Of a DNA stretch of 64,000 nucleotides, positions 12,043 to 21,730 are shown one piece after another. A model generated the notes under the pieces. The model was not told the DNA's origin. It was given only the letters and a program-made list of their open reading frames with translations, and ran no database searches. Made by a program: the position numbers and the translations under genes. Where the stretch lies: NCBI GenBank assembly GCA_964229335.1, contig CAXRCZ010000004.1, positions 64,001 to 128,000 on the forward strand. The letters are read 5' to 3'. Source of the stretch: Minisyncoccia bacterium. GTDB lineage: Bacteria > Patescibacteriota > Minisyncoccia > Phycocordibacterales > UBA918. Each line of letters begins with the position of its first letter. The stretch's first letter is position 1.

Positions 12043-12849
12043 ATGAATACCGTCGACGCCATCATTTTAGGGATTGTCCAAGGAGTGACTGAATTCCTAC
12101 CTATTTCATCAACTGGACATCTAGTGTTTGTTCGTGACTGGTTAGAAATTGGCGGAGTAGATGCGTTGGCATTTGATTCGATTTTACATTTGGCTACGAC
12201 TGTAGCAGTAGTGTTGTATTTTTGGAAAGATATCTGGACGCTTTTACAGGTGTTTTTGCGAAAAATTGCTAGACTACCAGTTAATAAAAAAGACCTTACT
12301 CTTTTGTATGCGTTAGGTTTAGGGACAGTGCCAGCGGTTGCTGGAGGTTTACTACTTGAGGGGTATATCACACCATTTCAGACAGCTGGAGTGGTTGCGG
12401 TAGTACTATTTGTAGCTTCACTCTTTTTCTTGCAGGCTGAATGGCGATATTACCTTCACCCCACTAGAGGGGAATTGACGGTACGAAGGGGAATCGCTAT
12501 TGGATTTTTTCAAATGTTAGCGTTGCTGCCAGGATTTTCTCGTTCTGGAGCTACCATTGCTGGAGGAATGATGGTTGGTCTTTCTCGACTAGAAGCTACC
12601 CGATTCTCATTCTTGTTGGCGATACCAATTACGTTAGGGGTGGGGGTTAAAAAGTTGCTAGAACTGCAAGGTAGTACAGAGGCAATAGATTGGGTGCCAA
12701 TTTGGATCGGTGCAACCACTGCTCTAGTGGTGGCATTTGTTGTAATTCACTTTTTCCTAGCTTTCATTCGACGTTACACATTATGGCCATTTGTCTGGTA
12801 CGGCTTTATCCTGTCTGGGCTAGTTGGTGTCTTGGCTTTCTTGGCCTAG
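12043..12849 (+). CDS. uppP: Undecaprenyl-diphosphatase (BacA/UppP)
   Basis: GIVQGVTEFLPISSTGHL and PGFSRSGATI motifs. Confidence 0.95.
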   Translation: MNTVDAIILGIVQGVTEFLPISSTGHLVFVRDWLEIGGVDALAFDSILHLATTVAVVLYFWKDIWTLLQVFLRKIARLPVNKKDLTLLYALGLGTVPAVAGGLLLEGYITPFQTAGVVAVVLFVASLFFLQAEWRYYLHPTRGELTVRRGIAIGFFQMLALLPGFSRSGATIAGGMMVGLSRLEATRFSFLLAIPITLGVGVKKLLELQGSTEAIDWVPIWIGATTALVVAFVVIHFFLAFIRRYTLWPFVWYGFILSGLVGVLAFLA

Positions 12850-13421
12850 AGAAGGAGAGAGTGGGTAAGGGCGGCGTCACCTTTTTCTTCCCAGTGTGCA
12901 ATATCGAGCACTACCTCACGCTTGCGGTGGCCATCTTTAAATTTTATTGAGCCGTGCTGACGGGCGTATTCAAATACTTCTTTTGTCACCTTTACGTCTT
13001 GCTGGCAGTATTTTTTCACTTTATTTACTTCTCCTTCTCGCCACCAACGAACGGCTTGTAGACCGTCAGCTGACTTTTTTGCCCCAATAGTAGCCTGGGC
13101 TACACTATCGAGTCGTAGCCGTCTTCCGAGGGCTGCTTTAATATCTTCTAAAATATCAATACTCTTTATTTGCGTCAGGTCACCTGGATAATATTTATCT
13201 AAAAGCGGAATATCAAAGTGGTTACTATTGTAGCCCACTAAAGCGTCTGCTTGTTCGATAATCGGCCAGAGTGAATCAATTTCATCGATGGTGACCGTAG
13301 TGTAATCATCAGACGCACTGTCGTAGAGCGAGGCTACTGAAATGTCTAATGCAGTGGGGTCATTAGAACTCACCTCAGAAAAAATATTCTGGGTCTCAAG
13401 GTCAAATACGATATACCGCAT
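12846..13421 (-). CDS. RNase H-like / DnaQ-type 3'-5' exonuclease domain protein (YprB-like)
   Basis: VFDLET, GYNSNHFD, YCQQDV (ExoI-III-like acidic motifs). Confidence 0.8.
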   Translation of the reverse strand: MRYIVFDLETQNIFSEVSSNDPTALDISVASLYDSASDDYTTVTIDEIDSLWPIIEQADALVGYNSNHFDIPLLDKYYPGDLTQIKSIDILEDIKAALGRRLRLDSVAQATIGAKKSADGLQAVRWWREGEVNKVKKYCQQDVKVTKEVFEYARQHGSIKFKDGHRKREVVLDIAHWEEKGDAALTHSLLL

Positions 13422-13471
13422 AGATAGGAGATTGTAGCATAGTCACACCCGCAGTCTCGCGGCGTGGCTGA

Positions 13472-14689
13472 TTAAATATCGAGCGGTGTTTCTTTTCCGG
13501 TAGCCAGCTCCTTGATAGTAAAATTGTTCGTAGCCACTTCATCCTCACCGACAACTACCACATAGCTTGCGCCTCGAGTGTTCGCATCAGATATTTTCTT
13601 TTGGATTTTTTTAGTACTGATGTCTACTACTACTGAGCTGTAGTCTGATCGCAGGGTCTGGGCGATGCGTTGAGCTATATTATTGAGTGAAGATTCTGTT
13701 GGAACCACTACTACTTCTGAAGCACTAAAGACCGTGTCGGGTAGTAAGTTGTGAGTTTCGAGGAAGTCACGCATGGTCACATCACCCATTCCAAACCCAA
13801 CTCCAGCCACCGCTTCTGTGCCAAACATTTCAGTCAAATTGTCATACCGGCCGCCACCCAAGAGCGAACGGTTGTTTTCTCCTGACACATCAAAGATTTC
13901 AAATATGGTTCCAGTATAGTAGTCAAATCCGCGTACAGTCGACAGTGACACTTCGACGTTGGTTATCCCAAGCTCTTTAAGAGTAGTTAGCACTTGGCCA
14001 AGCCGTGAATCTGGACTTGGTTCAGAGAGTCCAAGATTAAACGGCTTGCCAGCAATTTTTTCTGCTTCTTCAGCGAAATTATCAATCTTATCCTTACGAT
14101 CCAAAAGATATAACATTGCGTTACATTGTTCGTGAGAAAAATCTTCCTCGGCGAATCGTTGATTCAGCCAAGCGCGATCATTGAGCCTAATTTCAAATTG
14201 CTCTGGTGTGGCTCCAAAATTTATCAATGTTTGATGTGCTAGCGCAATTATTTCTACATCAGCTGCTATATCGTCACTACCAAACAAATCACAGTTCAAT
14301 TGCCAGTGCTCACGCAAGCGACCGCGTTGCGGTCGTTCGTAGCGAAATAGATTGGGAATTGAGTACCAGCGGACTGGAAAAGCTAGTTCTCGTTGCTTTT
14401 TAGCGACCATACGAGCGACTGTCGGAGTCATCTCTGGACGCAAGGTTACCTCACGCTCGCCACGGTCGGTAAACGTATATGTCTGGTCATTAACTATCTC
14501 TTCATTTACCGCACCTTTGCTTTTGTATAGGGCAGCTGGTTCTAAGACCGAAGCATCGTAGCGTTGGTACCCAAAGGATTCTGCCGTTTTGCTCCATTGG
14601 GTAAATATATACTCTTGGATAGCGGCGTCTTCAGGAAAAAAGTCGCGTACTCCTTTGTAAGGATCGGTACTTAATTGATTGTTAGTCAT
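13472..14689 (-). CDS. hisS: Histidine--tRNA ligase
   Basis: LRPEMTPTVAR, FRYERPQRGRLREH, RGFDYYTG, GGGRYD; start moved to the ATG 7 nt after TACAAT. Confidence 0.97.
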   Translation of the reverse strand: MTNNQLSTDPYKGVRDFFPEDAAIQEYIFTQWSKTAESFGYQRYDASVLEPAALYKSKGAVNEEIVNDQTYTFTDRGEREVTLRPEMTPTVARMVAKKQRELAFPVRWYSIPNLFRYERPQRGRLREHWQLNCDLFGSDDIAADVEIIALAHQTLINFGATPEQFEIRLNDRAWLNQRFAEEDFSHEQCNAMLYLLDRKDKIDNFAEEAEKIAGKPFNLGLSEPSPDSRLGQVLTTLKELGITNVEVSLSTVRGFDYYTGTIFEIFDVSGENNRSLLGGGRYDNLTEMFGTEAVAGVGFGMGDVTMRDFLETHNLLPDTVFSASEVVVVPTESSLNNIAQRIAQTLRSDYSSVVVDISTKKIQKKISDANTRGASYVVVVGEDEVATNNFTIKELATGKETPLDI

Positions 14690-14746
14690 GGTAGTGATTG
14701 TAGGCCATGATGGTGTGCAAATCAATAAATGAGTACAGCATTGCAA

Positions 14747-15313
14747 CTATTCTGACTGGTCTGGCTTGATGTGTAATTCATGGAGCCGCGTATCCATTGC
14801 AGCTTGGATGGTTGCTTGTAAACCTCTTGGATCAGGCATCCCTGTTGCTAAAAAATTATGGTCGTGGTGTCCTGCGGTCTGAGCACTAATAGTGCCAAAA
14901 TTAAGAAAGGTAGCTATCAAGCCAGTAATTTTGTATTCAATGTCTTGCATTCTTTCCAGTCTAAAAATCGCCACCGACCGGTTGAAGAAATGAATTTGAT
15001 CTACAGATATGATACGTCGGTCGGTTACCAGCCAGAGGTCGAGATAATAGTGTGTCCAGATAGTAAATCCACTCAGGACTGATAAAAGCAACCAGGCTGA
15101 GAAAGCAAATAGTAATACGTTTGCATTGATTCCAATTCCCGTACCGTCCATGCCGAGAGTAGTAGTGGTAGCCTGGAATAGTCCATACAACAAGAAAGGA
15201 GCAACTGCGGCTAAGACAACACCTATAAGCTCTGCGACGATAATAAACCAATGTTTACGCACAGTAACGAGCACTTTTTCATTAGTATCAAGTTGGATTT
15301 TATCAAACAACAT
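14747..15313 (-). CDS. Membrane protein with bacterial PH (bPH_2) domain
   Basis: RKHW, two TM helices, VTDRRII, IQD-like MQDI, FGTISAQTAG. Confidence 0.75.
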   Translation of the reverse strand: MLFDKIQLDTNEKVLVTVRKHWFIIVAELIGVVLAAVAPFLLYGLFQATTTTLGMDGTGIGINANVLLFAFSAWLLLSVLSGFTIWTHYYLDLWLVTDRRIISVDQIHFFNRSVAIFRLERMQDIEYKITGLIATFLNFGTISAQTAGHHDHNFLATGMPDPRGLQATIQAAMDTRLHELHIKPDQSE

Positions 15314-15316
15314 AGA

Positions 15317-15541
15317 TTATAGAGTTGTGGCGAGTGCCATTAGCAGTATCAGGGGTACCGTTAAAACAAAATAAATAAAAAAGGTTAAGAGGTTTATCCG
15401 ACGGTCGGTCGAGTAGGTTGTCCAGTGGTAATACAAAACACCTGTAAACACTACATACGCTAATAATAAAATATAAAAAGCCAGTAACATGAAATCGTCT
15501 CCAATAAATATATTTGCTAGCGGAGTAGAGGTCAGAGTCAT
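15317..15541 (-). CDS. Small two-TM hypothetical protein
   Basis: Fills the gap in the prmC operon with 3-4 nt spacing; two hydrophobic helices around YYHW. Confidence 0.7.
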   Translation of the reverse strand: MTLTSTPLANIFIGDDFMLLAFYILLLAYVVFTGVLYYHWTTYSTDRRINLLTFFIYFVLTVPLILLMALATTL

Positions 15542-15545
15542 GTCG

Positions 15546-16319
15546 TTATTCTAGCACTAGGATAGAAAACCTTTCGACGTTGTATTGATCGCTGTGGGTA
15601 GTGGCTTTGAATCCGTGCGCCGCGGCAATGGCGCCTATGTCGTTGGTTTGTTGCGGATCATGTTCAATCCAAAGCTGACCATCAGGTTCGAGATGGTATT
15701 TGGCTTCTGTAATAGTCTGAATAATTAACTCCAAACCTTTGTGTCCACCCATTAAAGCCAAGTGTGGCTCGAAGTCTTTAACAGAATCTTCAATTAAATG
15801 TAACTCAGGATCAACGTATGGAGGATTAGCAAAAATGAAGTGATACGACTGATCTTTGAAGGTGCTGAAGAGACTGCTCTGATTTACTACATATCGTTCT
15901 TCAGGAATCTTATTCTCATGTAGGTTTTTTTTGATTGTCGGTATATGTTCCTTGTCGATTTCACTAAAGTGACAAGTAGTCGCTTCGGTATTATGGAGGG
16001 TAGCTACTCCAACACAGCCCGAACCTGCGCATACATCCATCACACGAATTAATTCAGTTTCTTCGGTCAATAGGAGACCCTGTTTGCCACTTTGGTACTC
16101 TTTGATTTCCTGAATCGCTTTTTCTACCCAAAATTCTGTCTCTGGTCGTGGAATAAGCGGCCGAGAGTCGAGATGGATTGTGGTGTCCAAAAACGGAGTG
16201 TAACCAATGAGGTAAGCGAGCGGCTCACCAAGGGCGAGACGCTTGCAGTCGGCGAAAAAAGCATCGCTTTTTTCGCCGTGGTATTTCTCTCTTAATAAAG
16301 ATTCTACAGCTTGTTCCAT
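15546..16319 (-). CDS. prmC: Release factor glutamine methyltransferase (HemK/PrmC)
   Basis: GEPLAYLIG, LIPRPETE, DVCAGSGC, NPPY. Confidence 0.93.
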   Translation of the reverse strand: MEQAVESLLREKYHGEKSDAFFADCKRLALGEPLAYLIGYTPFLDTTIHLDSRPLIPRPETEFWVEKAIQEIKEYQSGKQGLLLTEETELIRVMDVCAGSGCVGVATLHNTEATTCHFSEIDKEHIPTIKKNLHENKIPEERYVVNQSSLFSTFKDQSYHFIFANPPYVDPELHLIEDSVKDFEPHLALMGGHKGLELIIQTITEAKYHLEPDGQLWIEHDPQQTNDIGAIAAAHGFKATTHSDQYNVERFSILVLE

Positions 16320-16326
16320 CTCTATA

Positions 16327-16354
16327 ACTATGCGCGGAGATAAATTTTTGTCAA
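16327..16354 (-). promoter_or_regulatory. Promoter of prmC
   Basis: Minus strand TTGACA-16 nt-CATAGT, ATG 7 nt later. Confidence 0.55.
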
Positions 16355-16372
16355 TCTGTTATACTCCTCATT

Positions 16373-17125
16373 ATGTCAAAAATGGTGGAAATCCAGAATC
16401 TCACAAAAATCTACAGCAGCGGCAAGGATGCCAAGCTAGCCGTTGATAATGTCAGCCTCTCAATTGAAAAAGGAGCCTTCTACGGATTGCTTGGGCCTAA
16501 TGGGGCTGGAAAAAGTACCATTATTCATTGTCTCACCGGCATCGCTCAACCAACAGAAGGAACAATTACCATCGACGGGATAGATGTGGTAAAAGATTAC
16601 AAAGCCGCGAGACGGAAGGTCGGTCTTTCTCCGCAGGAATTCAATATCGATTTTTTTGCAAAAGTCGAAGACCTGCTTGATTACATGGGAGGCTACTACG
16701 GCATTCCTCGTGAACAGCGCCAGCAGCGCATTGATGAGCTCATAGCTCGATTTGATCTCGAAAAGCATCGCTCAGTAAAATTCCAAAAGTTGTCCGGTGG
16801 ACTAAAACGTCGCGCGATTTTGGCACGGGCTCTCATCCATACCCCTGAGCTCTTAATTCTTGACGAACCAACAGCTGGTGTTGATGTTGAGCAAAGACGT
16901 GATCTCTGGCAATACCTCAAAGAAATGAACGAATCAGGTAAGACGATAATTCTGACCTCACACTACTTAGAGGAGATTCAATACCTGTGTAAAGAAATTG
17001 CCATCATTAATAATGGCAAGATTATTGCTGATGGTACCAAAGAAGATTTTATGAAAGAGGGGAAGTCGGTCGAAGATACATATCTTGAGATTACCCGCCA
17101 AGCTGATAAAAAAGACGCCGTATGA
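16373..17125 (+). CDS. ABC-2 type transporter ATP-binding protein (YadG-like)
   Basis: GPNGAGKST, LSGG, ILDEPTAGVD, H-loop. Confidence 0.93.
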   Translation: MSKMVEIQNLTKIYSSGKDAKLAVDNVSLSIEKGAFYGLLGPNGAGKSTIIHCLTGIAQPTEGTITIDGIDVVKDYKAARRKVGLSPQEFNIDFFAKVEDLLDYMGGYYGIPREQRQQRIDELIARFDLEKHRSVKFQKLSGGLKRRAILARALIHTPELLILDEPTAGVDVEQRRDLWQYLKEMNESGKTIILTSHYLEEIQYLCKEIAIINNGKIIADGTKEDFMKEGKSVEDTYLEITRQADKKDAV

Positions 17126-17889
17126 ACACAAACTGGATAGGTCTATACACAATGCTGCGCCGTGAGGTGAAGCGAACCATGCGCGTTGTAGTGCAAACCC
17201 TGGTAGCGCCAACTATTTCTGCTGCGCTTTACCTGTTTATTTTTGGGACGGTAATTGGTACAAAAATTGATGATTTTGCCGGGGTACCATATATCAGTTT
17301 TGTGTTTCCTGGGGTCTTGTTGTTGTCTATTATTAATGCTTCATTTGCGAGTGCTTCTTCAGCTCTTTATTTCATGCGCTTTACGCGGGGAATTGAGGAA
17401 ATTCTCATCACACCATTTTCATATCTGGAGATGCTGGTCGGTCTGGTCAGTAGTGCCGTGGCTCGAGCGGTGATGGTAGCCATTCTTATATTAGCTACTG
17501 GCTTCTTGTTCGGTGCCGTTTCGCTGGTTAATCCATTGGCATTTTTGTTGTATGTGGTTGCAGTGGCAGCCATTTTTGCGATGCTTGGCATTATCGTGGC
17601 TTTATGGGCAGAAGGGTTTGAGCAACTGCAGGTTCTTAATACCTTTGTCATCACTCCACTGACTTATCTAGGAGGTATCTTTTATTCGATTACGTTCTTA
17701 CCATCATTGGCTGCAGATATTACTAGACTCAATCCGTTCTTTTATTTCGCAGACGGCATTCGCTCCAGCATGATTGGCTACAGCGAGGCTAATAGTCTGG
17801 TTGGTGCCGGACTCACCTTTGTACTAGTTGTTGTGTTAGGAGCTATAGTCATCCAACTCTTCCGCAGTGGTTGGAAGATTAGAGCTTAG
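17122..17889 (+). CDS. ABC-2 type transporter permease (YadH-like)
   Basis: Six TM helices, PLTYLGGIFYS, NPFFY; ATGA overlap with the ATPase gene. Confidence 0.9.
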   Translation: MNTNWIGLYTMLRREVKRTMRVVVQTLVAPTISAALYLFIFGTVIGTKIDDFAGVPYISFVFPGVLLLSIINASFASASSALYFMRFTRGIEEILITPFSYLEMLVGLVSSAVARAVMVAILILATGFLFGAVSLVNPLAFLLYVVAVAAIFAMLGIIVALWAEGFEQLQVLNTFVITPLTYLGGIFYSITFLPSLAADITRLNPFFYFADGIRSSMIGYSEANSLVGAGLTFVLVVVLGAIVIQLFRSGWKIRA

Positions 17890-17896
17890 TGTAAAC

Positions 17897-18499
17897 ATGA
17901 AAGGTAAGAATGTAATTTTAGATTTTGACGGAGTTATCGCTGACACGTTTAATTTTCACTACAGGAAGGTCAACGAAATATATAAAGTTAAGATTACTGA
18001 AGATGAATACCGAGCAGCATTTACAGGTAACATATATAGCCCTGAAAATAAAAAGTTGGCACACATTGATTATAAAGATTATCCAAAAAAGGTAGCGTTA
18101 GAACAAAGAGAGGTAGAGCCTTACCCAGAAGCAATTAGTTCGATTAATAAATTAAGTAAAGATTACAACTTACAAATGGTCTCGTCGGGCTGGGAAGAAC
18201 AAATTTTTCCGTTTTTAGAGAAGCATAATATCAAGGAAAAATTTTCCGAATTTTTATGTGCAGATCGCGGAACATCAAAGCATCAAAAACTAGAGACTCT
18301 AGTGGGTGAGAATGTTGAAAATTATATTTTTGTTACCGATACGGTTGGAGATGTCAAAGAGTCACGCTTGGCAGGGGTGCCAGTGATTGCAGTAACGTAT
18401 GGATATCATTCACAAGAAGATTTTAAAAACACTACTCCAGATTACTTTTCTGCATCATGGCAAGAAACCTGTTCTATAATCGAAGAATATTTTAAATAG
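17897..18499 (+). CDS. HAD-family hydrolase/phosphatase
   Basis: DFDGVIADT motif I, TDTVGD motif IV; visibly AT-richer than its neighbours. Confidence 0.85.
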   Translation: MKGKNVILDFDGVIADTFNFHYRKVNEIYKVKITEDEYRAAFTGNIYSPENKKLAHIDYKDYPKKVALEQREVEPYPEAISSINKLSKDYNLQMVSSGWEEQIFPFLEKHNIKEKFSEFLCADRGTSKHQKLETLVGENVENYIFVTDTVGDVKESRLAGVPVIAVTYGYHSQEDFKNTTPDYFSASWQETCSIIEEYFK

Positions 18500-18572
18500 G
18501 TTTACCAACAAAGCTACACTAAACAAACAACATGCTTTGATACAATAGTAGTATCATTAAATAGTTCTTTCT

Positions 18573-19574
18573 ATGAGTAAAAACACTAAACTATATGAAA
18601 CCACAGCTGCACTGTTAGCCTCCGGTAAAGGGATTTTGGCCGCTGATGAGAGTGACGGTACGGCTGGCAAGCGATTGGCTTCAGTCCGCCTTGAGAACAA
18701 TGAAGACAATAGGCGAGAGTTTAGAGAGCTTCTGTTTACTACTTCTGGTATTGAAAAGCATCTCTCTGGCGTAATTTTGTATGACTCAACCATCAAAGGC
18801 GAAACCAGTGATGGCATTCCGTTCGCTGACCTACTGACCGCGAAAGGTATCGTTCCGGGTATCAAAGTAGACAAAGGTACTCGCGACCTACAAGGGTTTA
18901 AAGGTGAGATGGTAACGCAAGGATTGGATGATTTGGATAAGCGTTGCTCAGAGTACTATGATATGGGTGCGCGTTTTGCCAAGTGGCGAGCGGTAATAAA
19001 AATCGACGAAGACGAAACTCCTACCTATGAAGCGGTCAAAATGAACTGCCTCATGATGACGCGCTACGCGCAAATTGCTCAAGCTGCTGGACTGGTGCCA
19101 ATAGTCGAACCGGAAGTCCTTTTTGACGGGGATCATACGCTTGAAAAGGCCGAACTCGAAACCACCCGCACATTGCAGATACTATTCCAAACTCTACAAG
19201 AGTACCGAGTTGACCTCTCAGGCTTGATTCTCAAGTCATCAATGGTACTAGCCGGCAAGCAAAACCAGTCACAGACTTCACCTGAAGAAGTGGCGCAGGC
19301 TACTCTCCGCACTTTCCATATGTCAGTACCACATCAAGTAGCCGGCATTGTATTTCTATCTGGTGGACAGACGCCACAACAAGCTACTGCCAATCTAAAC
19401 GCGATTAACAAACTCGGTAGCCAACCATGGCCACTCACATATTCATTCTCACGAGCGATTGAAGAACCGTTCTTGAATGCGTGGGGAGGTAAGTATGAAA
19501 ACACTGACAAAGCCCAAGAAGCATTATTGCAAGCAATCCAGCAAAATAGTTTAGCTGCTGAAGGAAAGCTTTAG
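18573..19574 (+). CDS. fba: Fructose-bisphosphate aldolase class I (eukaryote-type family)
   Basis: GKGILAADES, GIKVDKG, AKWRAV, PIVEPEV, FLSGGQ, WPLTYSFSRA. Confidence 0.95.
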   Translation: MSKNTKLYETTAALLASGKGILAADESDGTAGKRLASVRLENNEDNRREFRELLFTTSGIEKHLSGVILYDSTIKGETSDGIPFADLLTAKGIVPGIKVDKGTRDLQGFKGEMVTQGLDDLDKRCSEYYDMGARFAKWRAVIKIDEDETPTYEAVKMNCLMMTRYAQIAQAAGLVPIVEPEVLFDGDHTLEKAELETTRTLQILFQTLQEYRVDLSGLILKSSMVLAGKQNQSQTSPEEVAQATLRTFHMSVPHQVAGIVFLSGGQTPQQATANLNAINKLGSQPWPLTYSFSRAIEEPFLNAWGGKYENTDKAQEALLQAIQQNSLAAEGKL

Positions 19575-19575
19575 A

Positions 19576-19615
19576 CAATATCAAAACGACCGCACTTGCG
19601 GTCGTTTTGATATTG
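19576..19615. terminator. Bidirectional terminator between fba and rpmG
   Basis: CAATATCAAAACGACCGCA-CT-TGCGGTCGTTTTGATATTG. Confidence 0.8.
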
Positions 19616-19654
19616 CGGGCGGAAAGTAAACAAGAAGCCCTAACGGGCTAATGT

Positions 19655-19834
19655 TTACTTCTTTTGCTTGTAGACAGTATGAGTCTTGGCAATTGGGTTG
19701 AATTTCTTCACCTCGTATTTTTTGCTTGGATCCTTTTTGTTCTTGTTGTTGTAGCGCGTGTAATACACGTGGCCTTTACCAACGCCATTTTCGTCGCCTT
19801 GAGATACAAGTTTGATTAATAGGTCTTGTGACAT
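19655..19834 (-). CDS. rpmG: 50S ribosomal protein L33 (59 aa, absent from the ORF track)
   Basis: Manual translation MSQDLLIKLVSQGDENGVGKGHVYYTRYNNKNKKDPSKKYEVKKFNPIAKTHTVYKQKK; no Zn-binding Cys. Confidence 0.9.
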   Translation of the reverse strand: MSQDLLIKLVSQGDENGVGKGHVYYTRYNNKNKKDPSKKYEVKKFNPIAKTHTVYKQKK

Positions 19835-19843
19835 GATGGCGAG

Positions 19844-19871
19844 ATTTTACCAAAACCCCAATAAAAGTCAA
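19844..19871 (-). promoter_or_regulatory. Promoter of rpmG
   Basis: Minus strand TTGACT-16 nt-TAAAAT with extended TG. Confidence 0.65.
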
Positions 19872-19876
19872 TCAAA

Positions 19877-19903
19877 ATGGCTCCGCGCGAAGCGCGGAGC
19901 CAT
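19877..19903 (-). terminator. GC-rich hairpin after the orphan gene 19924-20559
   Basis: ATGGCTCCGCGC-GAA-GCGCGGAGCCAT; T-run follows on the minus strand. Confidence 0.7.
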
Positions 19904-19923
19904 CAATACTTTCAGCAGGCACT

Positions 19924-20559
19924 TTACTTGCGGCGAACGAACACCCAGCTGTCATGTTCATTGTACGGTAGACCATGTCTACCGTTGCGCCACGAGAGAG
20001 CGGTACCTTCTTCGAGTTTCAAAAACGTGAAAATGCTGGGACGTTTCTCGTTTCCGTTTTGGATTAAGACCGGTTCCATTCCCACGAATAAGTTATCAGG
20101 CAAATTAATTTGTCCAGATTGCTGTAGCAAAAGCTGTAGAGCAACCTCCGCAGGGCATAGTAGGAGACCATGAAGTTGTGCAGCAAGGTAAATTTCTCCC
20201 CTGGTTGCTTCGGGTTTCAACCCTAATTCCTCGACTGTCACAAGCGCCAAATCAAGAGATGATTCCGTCCTTTCATACTTCATTCGTTCAATAATGAGCA
20301 TAGCCCACGATAAGACTTTAACGTGGGCGCTCTCGATTCGCTCTTGGGCAGTCGTGGTATCGCCGAGATTTCCGATCGTGACATGTGTCCAAGTCGGGAA
20401 ACTGGTCTCGCATGGCGGGCAAAGTACCTCGGCTAATACTTTACGCAACGCCTTGGGGCTTTCGATCCAGCCCTGCATCACTAAAGCTGGTATTTCGGGC
20501 ATAGAATCGGCAATAGTAGCGATGAAACGAGCAGTTTGCTTATGATAGGTCTTCGACAT
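19924..20559 (-). CDS. Hypothetical protein (GLxLCPAEV..QL...MEP...W.FVR type)
   Basis: 211-aa ORF with AGGAG SD, upstream promoter motif and downstream terminator. Confidence 0.8.
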   Translation of the reverse strand: MSKTYHKQTARFIATIADSMPEIPALVMQGWIESPKALRKVLAEVLCPPCETSFPTWTHVTIGNLGDTTTAQERIESAHVKVLSWAMLIIERMKYERTESSLDLALVTVEELGLKPEATRGEIYLAAQLHGLLLCPAEVALQLLLQQSGQINLPDNLFVGMEPVLIQNGNEKRPSIFTFLKLEEGTALSWRNGRHGLPYNEHDSWVFVRRK

Positions 20560-20654
20560 TTGTCGTTTTCTCCTATGTATATTTGGGAACGCAAAATTAC
20601 GTGTCCAAGATACTTTTACCATAAAATATTGAAATATCAACAGTATAGACTATC

Positions 20655-21467
20655 TCAATACTCCTTTAACCATTTTGAGCTGTTCTGTTCATACCGTCCG
20701 ATTTTTGTACGAGCAATGTGCCACGCTAGACCTGTGGTGCTGCATCGCTCTGCTATCAAACTAGCTAGACTGCGCATGTAAGTTCCTGAAGAAGCAATAC
20801 ACCGAAAAGTTGCTATTTGATAAGTATCGGGCAAGGATGCGTTGTCGGATATCGCTTGCCAGTCAGGGCGGATGGCTGGGCGACGAAAATCATTACCAAG
20901 CGCTTTATTGGGGTCAGTGACTGGGGGAATGGTGTCAATTTTCTTGAGAGCAGTGGCTACCATGTCTGATTTAGATATCTCAGTTATTGAGCAAAACTCT
21001 AATTCATATACGGTACTAGTGATGGTTGGAATCTCGATTTCATCAAGCCTACCTTCAAGGGTCCAGGTATGCAGAGGCTTGCCTTGAACAGTTTTGGATG
21101 AGAATCGTGGGTAGGGTAGAGTCAAAGTGCCAGTGAGGGTGCTAGCGACTTCTTCCAAGGCAGCAGTTGAAATAGATTCTAAGGCCATCTCGCTACCGAT
21201 AGTGAGTCGTCCTAAGACATCGCCACTATCAGAACTAATACCGAATAATATTGAAAATTCGTATTCTTTGTCTAAGTCATGATATTCAGTTTGGCGTTTA
21301 CACTCATCGCCAATGAGTACTAATAGTTTGCCTGATGCCATCGGATCGAGTCTGCCGGCGTACGCCAAAGGAGCAGCGTTGTATTCTGGATGCTGGGCAC
21401 GCCACTTCTCAGCTGCTACAAGGGGAGTCTCGCCAACAGATTTTTCTATTGTTACAAACTGCAGCAT
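20655..21467 (-). CDS. truB: tRNA pseudouridine synthase B-like
   Basis: AGRLDPMASG catalytic Asp motif, KEY, SSGTYMRSLA. Confidence 0.85.
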   Translation of the reverse strand: MLQFVTIEKSVGETPLVAAEKWRAQHPEYNAAPLAYAGRLDPMASGKLLVLIGDECKRQTEYHDLDKEYEFSILFGISSDSGDVLGRLTIGSEMALESISTAALEEVASTLTGTLTLPYPRFSSKTVQGKPLHTWTLEGRLDEIEIPTITSTVYELEFCSITEISKSDMVATALKKIDTIPPVTDPNKALGNDFRRPAIRPDWQAISDNASLPDTYQIATFRCIASSGTYMRSLASLIAERCSTTGLAWHIARTKIGRYEQNSSKWLKEY

Positions 21468-21470
21468 GGT

Positions 21471-21554
21471 TTAACCAAGAGGATTGCCGCCGAGGTAGCT
21501 ATTTAAGATGAGTAGGAGTATAAATCCGCCAATTATCAAAAAAAGTATCTTCAT
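21471..21554 (-). CDS. Putative 27-aa single-TM small protein
   Basis: MKILFLIIGGFILLLILNSYLGGNPLG; ATG 6 nt after TATACT; stop 3 nt before the truB start. Confidence 0.55.
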   Translation of the reverse strand: MKILFLIIGGFILLLILNSYLGGNPLG

Positions 21555-21605
21555 GCGGATAGTATAGCAAACTGAAAGAATGACGTATTATCAAGAGCTA
21601 TTTTC

Positions 21606-21730
21606 TTGACTCAACACTGTAACGTAGTAGTATTCAGTCGCATATACTCTGCTCAATTGATTGGCATTAGTGTGTGCACTCGGCAGCCAACAGTATCTCC
21701 AGAAAAATCAGCTGCCGATTTTTACTTTTA
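21606..21730 (+). promoter_or_regulatory. Promoter and structured 5' leader of the V-ATPase operon
   Basis: TTGACT-16-TAGTAT; stems 21640-48/21669-77 and 21680-87/21711-18, followed by a T-tract. Confidence 0.5.
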
